Assembly (NCBI GenBank): GCA_053919585.1
Contig: CM132813.1
Strand: one strand, 5' to 3'
Length of the DNA stretch: 64,000 bases
Source of the DNA: Euprymna scolopes
Lineage: Eukaryota
The first letter of the stretch is position 1, and each line of letters opens with the position of its first letter. The notes under the pieces are model-generated. The model ran no database searches. It saw nothing but the letters and a program-made list of their open reading frames with translations, and was not told where the DNA came from. The position numbers and the translations under genes were made by a program. This document shows, piece by piece, positions 23,957 through 36,668 of the stretch.

Positions 23957-24847
23957 ATATATGCCATGAAACAAAACTATATATGCCGTGAAACAAAACC
24001 ATGTATGCCGTGAAACAAAACTATATATTCTGTGAAATAAAACCATATATGCCGTGAAACCAAACTATATGCCGTGAAACAAAACTATATGCCGTGAAAC
24101 AAAACTATATATGTCATGAAACAAAACTATATATGTCGTGAAACAAAACTATGTATGCCGTGAAACAAAACTATATATGCCGTGAAACAAAACTATATAT
24201 GACGTGAAACAAATTTATACAGGCCGTGAAACAAAACTGTATATGCCGTGAAACAAAACTATATATGTCATGAAACAAAACTATATATGTCATGAAACAA
24301 AACTATATATGACGTGAAACAAAACTATGTATGCCGTGAAACAAAACTATATATGTCATGAAACAAAACTATATATGACGTGAAACAAAACTATATATGA
24401 CGTGAAACAAAACTATATATGCTGTGAAACAAAACTATATATGCCGTGAAACAAATTTATACAGGCCGTGAAACAAAACTGTATATGCCGTGAAACAAAA
24501 CTATATATGTCGTGAAACAAAACTATATATGTCGTGAAACAAAACTATATATGACGTGAAACAAAACTATATATGCTGTGAAACAAAACTATATATGCTG
24601 TGAAACAAAACTATATATGCCGTGAAACAAATTTATACAGGCCGTAAAACAAAACTGTATATGCCGTGAAACAAAACTATAAATGTTGTGAAACAAAACT
24701 ATATATGTCGTGAAACAAAACTATATATGACGTGAAACAAAACTATATATGCTGTGAAACAAAACTATATATGCTGTGAAAAAAAACATATATGCCGTGA
24801 AACAAATTTATACAGGCCGTGAAACAAAACTGTATATGCCGTGAAAC
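23957..24847. repeat. 22-bp minisatellite, ~40 units (GCCGTGAAACAAAACTATATAT)
   Basis: Direct tandem units with no spacers; variant AAATTTATACAG recurs at 24211, 24453, 24629 and 24804. Confidence 0.95.
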
Positions 24848-25657
24848 TAAATACCATGAATAAATATTGTAAGAGATAAATAATTTAAAGGATAAAATCT
24901 TTTTCCCAAAATTACTGGATTTGGCATTAAATAATCCAAAAAGGCCTAATATGCCGTAAAACAAAACAAGCCAACTCAACCAAAACAAGAAATACATGAG
25001 AAAGAAAATGTTAGAAAAATGGAAAAAACAGTTTCACTTGACTGAGAATTTTAAGCTAACGACTTTCAAGAATGGTATACTATCAGTTGCATTTCTATAG
25101 ACAAATTTTTATTAAAACTATACTAAAAATATGTAGTGCTATAATGTATATTCGATTAAAAAGTTACAGTGTTTTGGGAGTTTGTTCCTTTGTCCACAAA
25201 TATAAACATGTGAGTGGCAGACAAAAAAAGGGAATAGGCAGAGTACACAATTTCTAAAGCCATAGGTTTAACCATGTCAATACCTGAGTTCGGATTTCAT
25301 GTAAATCTAAAGGAATTTGAAAAACTGGTCACACGTTTCATCAATTTAAAACAATTAACATAACGTAAATACATTTTTTTAAACTAACATCCATGTTTTT
25401 TTTTTTTTCAAATAATGCATAAAAAATCGATATAAAGGTTAACCAGTATTAGTTTACACCAAATTATTTTTGCTAAAAATATAATTTCTAACAGTTTTTG
25501 GCTAATGAAAACAATACATGAATATACATTTATCGTAGTTACTTACTCTCTTACGTAAATACTAAGTAGCATATTTTTTCCACAAAATTTAACAAATACT
25601 TTTCTTCATCCAAATATAAAGCGATAGCAGATAACGATAAAAACTGACATACTCAGG

Positions 25658-25767
25658 TATCAACTTATTATTGTTTACAAGTTTACTTCACACAAGTAAT
25701 TATCAACTTGTTATTATTGTTTACAAGTTTACTTCACACAAGTAATTATCAACTTGTTATTATTGTT
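25658..25767. repeat. 46-bp tandem duplication (~2.4 copies)
   Basis: TATCAACTTGTTATTATTGTTTACAAGTTTACTTCACACAAGTAAT repeated. Confidence 0.85.
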
Positions 25768-26168
25768 GGTTTTCGCTGGAATTTGAGTGGTAATAAGTTT
25801 CCCTAAGGTTTCAGTACTCTGTAATGGTGTGTTTTTAAGTGAAGGTGGTATGCTTATGGGATTTCTGGCAGTGTTAGTTTCCTTGGGCTCGTGTGAAGTC
25901 GTTCCTATATATATTTTTTGCTTCTATTTCAACTTACTTGTAGCTGATTTCAGAGATTAGTTATGCTAGTTAATTTTTATTTGTAGTAACTGTGAAGCGG
26001 TAAAGTTGGTAATTCACAAATCAAGGCATTGTATAGACACTGTTCAAGTTTAAACTAATATTTGTAAAATGTCTTTGATTGATATTTTATATTTTTTTTT
26101 ATTTTTTGACATAATTATTTCCATAAATCTCGTTTTACTCAAATGTTATCATTTATCAATATAAATAG

Positions 26169-26558
26169 TAGTGATGGGACGATTTCAATATTTTTCCCGA
26201 TTGCGATACAATTATTGATTCCGATTTCGATTCTTTATAAATCTCTAATTATTTAACTATAAGATTATTAATTTCCCGGATTTTCACAATAACACATGTT
26301 AAATATGCAGATCTTTTCCTGAACGCCAAAATACACTTGTGGAGGATGGTCTATCGATTTTAGCTTCACTGGTGGTTTAAAATAAATAAATATTTATTAT
26401 TGAAGATTTCACTTCCAACAAAATAAAATAAAAAAAAGACCAGTAAAAGAATCGTTTCGGCATCAGGAAATAGGCACAATTTTTGCCGATTCGATACTCC
26501 TAAATCTTCCAATTTTTCCGATTCCTGATCCTGATTCCGATTAATCGTCCCAACGCTA
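26169..26558. mobile_element. hAT-type MITE (390 bp)
   Basis: TIRs TAGTGATGGGACGAT / ATCGTCCCAACGCTA; perfect 8-bp TSD ATAAATAG at 26161-26168 and 26559-26566; subterminal CCGAT repeats. Confidence 0.9.
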
Positions 26559-26727
26559 ATAAATAGTAAATAGACATTTCTTTATGCATGCGAACAAACA
26601 AGCAGACGATAACTGATTTTTTCCAAGTTTATTTAATTGCAAATGTTCACCACAATAAATCATTATTAATACGTGATGACTTAATAATACGTGCTATATG
26701 TGCAAAAACACCTTAAAACTTCAATTA

Positions 26728-27428
26728 TAAGGGAGGTCCAAAAAGTAATGCCTACTATTTTTTATTCCTCCTGGATTACAGGAGATTACAAATTGCATTG
26801 TTATCATAACTGAACTTATGCATTCATGATCTGAAAGTTTCATTTCTCTATTGTAGATATTGACGGTGGGAGACTCTAAAAAAGCAACCTCTGTCATGGA
26901 CGTGTATCAGAAATAGATATGCATCATTGAATTCCTCTATGCAGAAAAAATTTAATGGATAAACATACACCGGCGCTTATGGAACGTTTACAAAACCAAT
27001 GCAGTTGATGTCAGCACAGTTAGGAGATAGATTCGTCGATTTCAGAATGGCAACAGAGATGTGAGTGACAAAGCGCACTTCAGATTTTATGAATGAGGCA
27101 TCAAAAGAGACTAGCAAAAGTGCATTGAGAATGGTGGCAACTATGTAGAAAAATAAATTCTGGAGCACAAAACGTTGTTCGTTTTGATGGTGCTATCCCC
27201 GTCTTTGTAGCTTTTTTTTTATATAGGAATTACCAGCTATCAAGGCCCAGAGCCTACTCGAGGATAAGGTCAAAGATTGTACACTAGTCAATGGGACAAT
27301 ATCGTAGTAATGGTTAGTAGTGGAAATTTGGTAAACTGGATTACTTAAGAGGAACGGCTCATCAAAAACTTCAACATTTTAGATTATGAGTTAAAAAGTA
27401 AGAGGCTTTACTTCTGGAATGATCCTTG
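26728..27428 (+). mobile_element. internally deleted mariner transposon
   Basis: TA flanks; TIRs TAAGGGAGGTCCAAAAAGTAATGCC / GGCTTTACTTCTGGAATGATCCTTG; decayed transposase N-terminus (IIEFLYAE...VDVSTVRR.IRRFQNGNRDVSDK) joined to the C-terminus (KCIENGGNYVEK*). Confidence 0.85.
27212..27385 (-). mobile_element. LINE family B 3'UTR inserted within the mariner
   Basis: Poly(T) plus TCAAGGCCCAGAGCCTACTCGAGGATAAGG; GTAGTGGAAATTTGGTAAACTGGATTACTTA matches the reverse complement of 56640-56700. Confidence 0.7.
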
Positions 27429-29074
27429 TATGTATATCCGATTTTAATAAAATTTGAACCATTTAACTAATTCAAAGAATTTTCTAATATTTTAGTTTCT
27501 GTCGACTATAGTAGGGGACAAAATGGGGAAGAGGACATTGCAAAACAAAGAAAATATTATAATGTTATGGACTTGGTGAAAAAGGATAACAAAATATTCG
27601 TGCTGAAGGGTTTTATGGAGGAGGGCAAGCTTAAATCCCAGTTCCTTGAAAATCGATAGAGCAGGGAAAGACTAACACCGTCTTTACCGTGAGAATTACA
27701 TTTTCTAAACTAGTTGACCTACCAACATTTGCAAGTTTATTCTACTATATTATTATTTCAGAATTAGCAGTAGAACCCGACGTTGTTCGGGATTTAATGA
27801 CGAATATTTCGTTATCCTTTATCTTGCTACCAACACTGCAAAGAACTTTTCTTTCTTCCTGTGCACATAAAATAAAATGATATTTCCATGCACAAAGTTT
27901 TTTACCAAGAACTTCTTCCCTGTGGAACACATTACTGCAGGAGTATTTTCGAGGCTAATGTCAACAAATATTTATCGAGTTGTACTGTAAATTAATTATA
28001 GTTCTCAATTTTTTTATAGCACTTTTCTATCAATTCAGGTGCAAATCTCACTAACCAATATTTTCGAGTGGCTTTTGGCCTTAGTAAGTGGCGATTTATT
28101 AATATAAAATGTTTCGGTAAGGAGAAATAAAACTCTAAGATAACACAAATACGTTATTGGTATGGACATCATGTCGTTGTCCACCAGAAAAAAAATGGTG
28201 TGCAAATTGAAATCCAGAAAGCAAGGAAGAATCTACTGATTTGAAAGAAACTATCTTGTCTTCGTGATTTGAGAAAATCCTTGTTAGAGGGGGATCCGAG
28301 GGTAAGGTATAAAGAATGAGTATTCTCAACACGATTGGATTCCAATAAAAAAGGAAAAAAAAGTTAGATTTATGTGTATGTAGCGGGAGAATGCTTCCTA
28401 TGTTACCTGATAAATAGAAGATTTAATTATTTCTGGATGAGGGCAGCTGTGATGCAAGTTTTCAATTTGGAAGAAAGTATGGAAGACAATCGGGCCTAAT
28501 TAAGTTTACAAAGATTTCCCCGGCAAAACAAAAACAAAAAACGTTCGCTTCTGTTATTCCCTTATCTTGCTACTAGATATTTACTTGAAAACTGCCAATA
28601 TCAATTTTCACACATGAGAATTAACTTGACTTCAGGAAAAACAAAATTGGTATTTTCGTTTCCGCAATAACTTTATCTACGTGATATCTCTTCTGCTTCT
28701 GTTTGCGAAGTAGTTTCGATTTTCTTTTCTTCAATTTCGTTTTATTCTTCTGACGTACATATGGTTCGTAATCCAGTTGCTCACCCAACAATAGCTGAAA
28801 ATTTCTGTACCTGTTGATGCTTTACATCCAATCTTTAACTGTACTACTAAGTGTGTAGTTTTCGTAACTCACTTCGTCGGTTTTTGTATCATTTTCATTA
28901 ATGCATTTCGGAAAGATATGCACTCTGACCAAACGATGAGTGGAATAATAGGGTAGACTAGATTCTCAATCTATGGCAAGGAAGTTAGTCCAGGAAAAAA
29001 TCTATAATATAACACCAAAGTAGACTACAATCTCAAGTCTTGGTAGCGCAGCTTGTCTTGGAGAAGGTTATTGT

Positions 29075-29300
29075 AAGCTTAAGTTTTAAAATGGATTTTC
29101 GTTGGTTTGTCATACTAGGTTTGAGATAGCATTTCCTTCTGTGATTTATGCTGAAGTTTGTAATAATAGTTTTAGGAGTCTGTTACACTTAAATTTAAAA
29201 TAGCACTTCCTTACGTCTGCCAGGTTTAAGTGTGAGAAAACATTTACTTTGGTCTGTTATGCTTAAATTTGACATCGCATTTTTCTGTTATGCTTAAGTC
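29075..29300. repeat. degenerate 37-bp minisatellite (TTAAGTTTGAAATAGCATTTTCTTTGGTCTGTCATGC)
   Basis: Same unit as at 30985-31382 and 47620-48760. Confidence 0.65.
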
Positions 29301-29739
29301 ATTTTCCGTGAAAAGTCAAGTTAGAGGTTAGGATCATTTGTCTTTATAGGACGTAATGGACAGAAAGTCTAAAATGACATGTGGCAAGCAGGAGAGAAAA
29401 GTATTTCTCTTTAGCTAGTGAAATAAGAGGATTCAGTAGTCTTTCTTATCAAAATTATATTTGTTGCCTCCCCTCTGTGGAGTGGACCATGGAAAGTTTT
29501 TGTTATGTGAAATTTTGCATTGCGGTAAAAGAATAATGCAGCAAGAAAGATGAACCATTGCAGGACGATATTATTGGCATTTTTCATCCTGTTATCTTAT
29601 AACAGAAAATGTCTAAAATTTCAGTCTTTTTTTTAAATGGAAATCGCTCCAGACAAGTCTAGAAGCCATTTGATATAACGAACTAGCATCATGATCAACC
29701 AGATGATTATTGCAAAGAGATGCCCATTTTGAAAGGATT

Positions 29740-30040
29740 AATGCTATGAGTAGGAGGAAAACAGTCAATAGGAAGAGAGCTCGACAAGTCTGCAGTTTTT
29801 GGAAAGAAGCTTCATGAATAGGAAGCTGTATTGCAATGCAGTATCAAAGCAAAGAATGGATTGAGACCAATTGACTAACAAATCAAACGAACTGGAACAG
29901 AGGAAGCAAGGAATAGATCAGACAATTCTGAAGAACATCATAATATTTATAGAAAAGATTGAGACTAGTAACATCACATCTGTGAGAGAGAGGGTGCAGA
30001 GAAGAAAGGGTATGATCAATCAAATTCTTAAGGAGTCTTA
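29740..30040 (-). mobile_element. old CR1/L2-group LINE fragment
   Basis: Minus strand LHPLSHRCDVTSLNLFYKYY. Confidence 0.6.
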
Positions 30041-30984
30041 AAAGAAGTTGAAATTCAGGGATTGTTGATGTAATATTTGAATTTCAAAATGGGAGGTTTT
30101 ACCCATATTATACCTCTAAAACCTCTTTTAAATGCTCCAAGGAAACTAAAATTTGGGGAATATTTATGTCTTATAACTGCTGTTAAAGTTTCACAAAAAA
30201 GAGTGGTATCTTTATTTTTGCAAATGTCTTCTACCCCTCTTTGCTTCTTTTATATAAAATCAAATAAAGCTAAACGTAGTTTACATTACACACTCTTACG
30301 TTTAGAAGTTGTGTTAAAAAATTATAATGATTGGTTAGTTTAGGAGTGAATCTTGTGCATAGAAAAATATATAACATACTTAAATTTGTATAAATAGAGA
30401 CGTGGTAAATTTCGAATGAATCAAAGAATTGAAAGCGCTAATTTTGTTTGGAGAGTAAATTTGAAAAACATTGAACGCTCGCAGACTTCATGACATATGA
30501 AAGCCATTGTCTAGATGAAAGCATTCTTTTGAATTTCACATGCAGTGAAATAATTCAATTAACTTCATCTCCTTCATTTGTCGAAAGAGAATCGAAAGAA
30601 GAAACAAAAGAAAAAGCAGAGAAATTGATTCAATGCAAGTGACAGAAATGAACTCTCGACACTTGAAAATTCACAATGAGAAATGTCACCTAATTGCAAG
30701 AGAAATAAGAATGCATCTTGTGTTTACAAGGTTTTTATTTGTGTTTGTTTTGTGGCTATTCTTCTTGAGTGACTGAAACTGTAGATGAGGTGACAGGGTC
30801 AGGGGAGACTGGACAGAAATATGAAGGTAAGTTAATTAGAGATGATCATCAGAAACGTGAGAATAAGCAATGGGAATATACATGATTCAAAGAGAAAATC
30901 AAATGCAGTTTTTTTTTTAGATGTGTCCATGCATCTATATGAGGAGATTGGTCTGTTAGTCGGTTCATCAGTAAGTATGTTTAT

Positions 30985-31382
30985 CGTGATTAAGTTTGAA
31001 ATAACATTTTTTTTTGCTCTTTCATGGTCTGAAATAGTATTTTTGTTTGTTTGTCAGGCTAAGGTTTTAAATAGCTTTCTTTAATCTGCGATGATTGAAA
31101 TAGATTTTTTTGGTTTGTCAGGCTTAAGCTTGAAATAGCACGTTCTTTGGTGTGTCATATTTAAGTTTCAATTAACATATTCATTGATTTGTAAGGCTTA
31201 AGTTTCAAATAGCATATTCATTGGTTTATCAGGTTTAAACTTAAAATAGTATTTTCCTTGGTATGTCTTCCTTTTGGTCTGTCATTGCTTGAATTTTAAG
31301 TAGAATTTCCTTTTGTTTGTCATGCATCAATTTCAAATGTAATCTTCTTTGGTCTGTCATACATAAGTCTGAAATAAGTTTA
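30985..31382. repeat. degenerate 37-bp minisatellite running into the gap
   Basis: About 10 units of TTAAG.TTGAAATAGCA...TTGGT.TGTCA. Confidence 0.75.
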
Positions 31383-31553
31383 NNNNNNNNNNNNNNNNNN
31401 NNNNNNNNNNNNNNNNNNNNNNNNNNNNNNNNNNNNNNNNNNNNNNNNNNNNNNNNNNNNNNNNNNNNNNNNNNNNNNNNNNNNNNNNNNNNNNNNNNNN
31501 NNNNNNNNNNNNNNNNNNNNNNNNNNNNNNNNNNNNNNNNNNNNNNNNNNNNN
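31383..31553. other. assembly gap (171 N)
   Basis: N run. Confidence 1.
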
Positions 31554-31888
31554 CTACATTTTGGCAATTAATAAAAGTCTTATAACTGCTTCTAAATTGC
31601 TCGCAATAAATCTTTTTGTTCAAAAGTAGCAAAATACAAAATTGGCAAAAGTTATGAATAAAATCAATTACTGTTAATGAGTTCGATGGTTTCCTCTGAA
31701 ATTGTGACTCCTGAAAATCTTGAATTAACCTTGTCGATTCTGATTGGCTGAAAGTAAAATCTTTTAGCCAATCAGGGTAAACCTTCTTGAAAAATTATTT
31801 ATATTCATTTCCGGCTTTTATATTTGACGAAAAGTATGAATGCTCATCGTTCCGAGCATCTCTTATTTTGATCAATGATTTCATTTCA

Positions 31889-32058
31889 NNNNNNNNNNNN
31901 NNNNNNNNNNNNNNNNNNNNNNNNNNNNNNNNNNNNNNNNNNNNNNNNNNNNNNNNNNNNNNNNNNNNNNNNNNNNNNNNNNNNNNNNNNNNNNNNNNNN
32001 NNNNNNNNNNNNNNNNNNNNNNNNNNNNNNNNNNNNNNNNNNNNNNNNNNNNNNNNNN
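31889..32058. other. assembly gap (170 N)
   Basis: N run. Confidence 1.
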
Positions 32059-32999
32059 ATTTTTATACCTATAGACACTAGTTTCATGTTTATCCAATCA
32101 TCAGTATATAAAGTGATAATTTCTGCTGGTCGAACGATTTGAATTCAGTCTACAAAGTAACTCTTGGCTTAGCAAGCTAGCATTATATTCTGCAGATCAC
32201 GTGAAGTTGAATTTAAAATATATTGTAATAATCTTTTATTTTTCTGAATTATTTGCATTCTGTTCTCATCTTGAGTTTTATTTTCATTTTTTTAACAGTA
32301 GTCTGAAGAAATTGTTTTAACAACAATTTGAAGAATTCGAATAGTATGAATAATATTTTTGATTTAAACAATGTTTCTGTCTATTTGAAAACATACATTT
32401 TATTGATAACAAAATTCAAGGCATCTTCAAAATCGATGAATATTTTTACCACCACACATAAATTAGACAAAAACACAACCACAAACACTTAACTTATTTA
32501 TCCTTTTTTTTTCTAATTTTTTTTTGTAAACCAATGGGAATTCTTTAACTTGATTCAATTATTCTATAACTTAAGAAGAATTCCCACTGGTCTGCGAAAA
32601 AGAAAATGATGATTTGTTCATTTAATGTATTATTTGTCCATTATATGTACGATTTAATCATTGATTCAGATTAGCTCCATTTTGTAATTCACTTACTTAT
32701 TTTTGATTGGTCAAAACTATTTCTTTGATGGCCATAATTTCCTCCCTTGAAATCATATGCACAATTAAAGAGATTCTTATCAGTAGAATTTACGAAAGCC
32801 ACAAATTCTACAAAAAATTGCCTTTTCTTATTGAAGAAATTTCTTAAAAGAGGAAAACATAGATTAAAATAAAAAAAGCAAGTACTCCGAAATCGATCAG
32901 ATTGATTATCAAATTTGGTTCATCAGATAAAGATCAATAATAAAGTCAAATATTTTTAGTCAGTACTAATAACAGAGAATTATAAAAAACATGTTTTCC

Positions 33000-33516
33000 T
33001 CTTATTCACTCCAAACAAAGCACATTACCACTTGTATGTAAGGATTACTATTTGGGAACCTATCTATAGGGACACTATGTGGGGAGTTGAGCAGTAGGAT
33101 GTCTATTGACATTACACTTAAACTTCCGCATTTCAATACAGTCAGAGAATCAGGAGACCTGAAGGAAATTCCAAATCCTTGCAGTTTGAAGAAAGAAACG
33201 ACAAATAGAAGGATTTCCGAATTCTAGGGAAGTCTATGGTGAAGGGGTGGGCTTTTGCTGCTTGTTAGTTGCGAGTATTTATGTCAAGGGGGCACTAATC
33301 CTATGAGTTCGTCAGAGTACATTCCAATAAAGTACTTGTAAAACAGGGAATAGGATTCAACTTTGTAGCTATGGGACAGAAGCTAAAGTTTGGTTGATAG
33401 TTCAAGACTTATTAGGTTGGAGACTCTTTTTTTGAATCTCTTCTAAGATGTAGAGACTAGTGGTAAATGCACATGCCAGGATGTAGCAACGATACTCTAT
33501 GTATGAGTTAATGGTG
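33000..33516 (-). mobile_element. LINE family A 3' fragment
   Basis: TTCACTCCAAACAAAGCA end; colinear with 9622-10205. Confidence 0.75.
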
Positions 33517-33529
33517 TTTTTTTTAAATT

Positions 33530-34202
33530 TTTTTTACTTGAGAGTCACCACTTATTTAAGCCGGAAGGCCATTCGAGGATAAGGGTTAATGAATATAAGA
33601 TGGTAGCATAGTAATTGTTAACGGTGTAAATTCGGTAGAATTTGATTATTTATGAGAACTGCTCAACAAGAACTGGTTTACATTAGATTTGAAGGGTACC
33701 CTGTTGTATTCAACCTGGAAGTATGACCGAGGAACAGTGTTCCACAGATGGAATCTGCGTTTAGATTTAAGCACAGATAGAGAGTGGAGGAAATCGTTTA
33801 TAGTAGTTATAGCTAATCATGTGTTTTTTGTGAAAGTTTGGCAAGAGGGAACCATAGACTTGAGTTCAGTCGAGCACTTGCTGTGAAAATAATGATAGAG
33901 CAGAGACAGGCTGGCAATATCTCTTATGTAGAAAAGAGGTTGTAGAGAAGAGAAAAAGGCATCACCTACTAGGTTTCGAAGCTGGTTTTGAACTCTATCA
34001 AGGCTGGATAGGGCGCATCGAGTAGCTCCTGCCCAGATATGACAACAGTACGCCATTTTAGGGCGTACCTGGCTCTTATACAGAATGAGGATTGCATCTG
34101 CTTTGTAGAGATATAGGATACTGTGAGGTGTGAGCAATTTCTCGCACAATAGAAAGAACCAACCTTTTCTTCAGCAACCTTAGCAATGTATTTGTTCCAT
34201 GC
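33530..34202 (-). mobile_element. LINE family B 3' fragment
   Basis: LYKSQVRPKMAYCCHIWAGA...SLDRVQNQLRNLVGD...KCSTELKSMVP; family B 3'UTR at 33543-33590. Confidence 0.85.
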
Positions 34203-34849
34203 AATTGAATGCTTGTTGGATTGTATATTGGGGTGTATTCTGTCTCGGTGTACAGGAGGTTTTAGACAAGCTTATGTTATCTGTGTTATCTCTTCAAGCC
34301 ATCCAGCAAGTTTCCCGGTTTGCAGACGAGAACACTTTAACTAGTAATAGAAAACAGCTTTGAATAATTAATAAGAAGCTGTCACCAATAAGGAAATTAT
34401 GAAAAAGTCGGCAAAAAGCACCTCTCAACCTGTGAGATGGTTAAGCACTGGTGTAAACCTTCCTGCCTCTGGAAATAGCACTCCAACCATGACAGAGGCT
34501 AACCAAGGACAGCCTTACTAAGAATGCTTTGGTCTCTAATCTTCATCAATGACAACAAAAAATAATTACCAGAGACCATCGTCAGCTACAGAGAAGAAGG
34601 GTTAGGGTAAAGGTCTTTGGTCTGACGGAATTAGAACAATCTGTTCCCTGGCATTAAATATATATAATTCATACAGATTTCCAAGTTCGACAAGACGCAC
34701 TTATTTTCCCAGTCAGCGGAGGCTAACTGTATATGGAAAATGTAGCAAGCGAATCTTGGCATTCGAAGATAAAAAATGAAACCTATAAAAAAATCTTTTT
34801 TATTCCAACTCTTTGTTTTTGCTACAAGAGCTTCAACATTGTTTTAAAC

Positions 34850-35040
34850 TTGTATAAAAACGACAGAATTAAAGGAGATTTAATTAAAATCTTGAAAATA
34901 ATTAACAGGGTTTCTATATATAAAAACTTCGTTGAAAATGTCACTATCGTTTTCAGAATAGAAACTCCTATATAAATGAAAAACAAAATCGTTGATGGCA
35001 TGTAAAAAATTGTTGGCAATAATCCAATAAAGAAATCTTT
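34850..35040 (+). mobile_element. CR1 remnant
   Basis: RIKGDLIKILKII resembles the CR1 RRLRGDLIEVFKI motif. Confidence 0.45.
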
Positions 35041-35771
35041 TAATATTCCCTCCTTTGCAAAATGAAGATAAGATTATTTATTTGATGTTGTGATTTGCTT
35101 CTTGTTGCTAGCAGAAGTGATGTGACAATCTCATCTTGAAGAATTATTGGCTTACGATTTCTCATTAATTTCTTAAGATCCCTTTTACATGTTTTGCAGA
35201 AGGGAGGGGTGATATATCCCATTGTTAATTTCCTTTTTGTAACAACTTTATTTGAAACGGAGTTTTAGGCTTCTCTATATTTTATCTCTATTTTTGCAGG
35301 CATGTTTCATTTTGTTTCAATCTATGTTAAAATTTATTTATTTCAATCTCCCCTCCCTCCAAAATAAAAATCTACATTCCTTTCTATTCTTATTCCTTCG
35401 TTTCCTTTGGAACTCCCGTCAACAATAGAATTAACTTATTCATATATTTGAAACAGAATCCAAATGTGAATTCGTTTTGGTTTTACATAATTTATGCAAT
35501 TTCTAAATGTGGAAGACAATTTTTGAACGCCTCTCATCGTACAGTAAATTTGTAGAAAGAAGACATGGGAATTCGAATATAAGAATCAAAGCAGAATCTA
35601 TCGTGGTTAGGATTAAGGTTAGGATTAGGATTAGAATCAGAATTTATCGTGGTTACCACTTCTTTACAAAAGAAGACTATCCCTGCCAGATTGCAGTGTC
35701 CATTTGTGGGCACACAGATGGCTCAGGAGCTACGATTTACTTTTACAAGACATACAGACCAACTGATTTCA

Positions 35772-35853
<82 letters not shown>

Positions 35854-35864
35854 ATGTGTGTATT

Positions 35865-35941
35865 GTAAATTATGAAAATATATATGGTAATTAAAATACA
35901 CAGAGGGGACGGTATTTCATCCCCATGGGCAATTGTCACAC
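35865..35941 (-). mobile_element. family HH2 tail with degenerate hammerhead
   Basis: Minus strand TGACAATTGCCCATGGGGATGAAATACCGTC...TGTGTATTTTAATTACCATATATATTTTCATAA, homologous to 52958-53035; abuts (TA)n(TG)n. Confidence 0.5.
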
Positions 35942-36068
35942 TCAAAGCAGATGTTTTTTGTACATACGTTTGAAGTAAATGCTGAATAAAATATATCAAC
36001 TTATACATTTTATGTGGATACATGAAATAATAATAATGATATATATATATATATATATATATATATTT

Positions 36069-36200
36069 CATCCAGAAAAACTGTTTTGCTGTATCACAGC
36101 TCTTTAGTGCTGATAGAATAACACCCATTCTAAGCCTAGAATCGAACCTACAACCATCTTGTTGACAGTCAGCAGCTACACTCCCTGAACCACAGAATCG
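36069..36200 (-). mobile_element. short tRNA-derived SINE with degenerate hammerhead tail (family HH3)
   Basis: Minus strand GTGGTTCAGGGAG...GGTTCGATTC (B box), then CTAAAGA-GCTG/tgata/CAGC-AAAACAGTT; abuts (TA)n. Confidence 0.55.
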
Positions 36201-36342
36201 ACACTTGTAAATCATACCTGCAATCGCCACTTTTAGAGTGCTTAATTTGTTTATTTACAAACAAAGAGTTTTCCATTATGCTAGGTAGCAGACGATATGA
36301 TCTAATGAAAGTGATTTACCCGTGAAAGGGGTACACACACAC

Positions 36343-36392
<50 letters not shown>

Positions 36393-36668
36393 TCAGCTCC
36401 TGTTTGACATCCATGTTCTTGTTTGTTGCAATGGAATCTCACGTGGCTCTGTAGACCAGTCTTTGATAGTCAGACTCTGATACATGAACCACACTGATGG
36501 TCGCACTGAAATGTGTTTAAGATGTAACTGACAATGTCCTATTGGGGGCACACGGATGACTCAGCAAATTCGATTTCTTTTTACCCTAGCCTCCATTTAT
36601 GCATAGCTATATTCAACTTCTGTGCAGGCATTAAAGACAGGTTTAGGTTTCCAGTACAGGGAAATGTC

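Noticed and set aside
23957-24847. CRISPR-like array
   Set aside because: Contiguous tandem units with no unique spacers, eukaryotic context, and no cas genes
31241-32097. ORFs spanning N runs
   Set aside because: Assembly gap artefacts
35605-35636. interstitial telomeric repeat (TTAGGA-like)
   Set aside because: Only ~5 degenerate units; not informative
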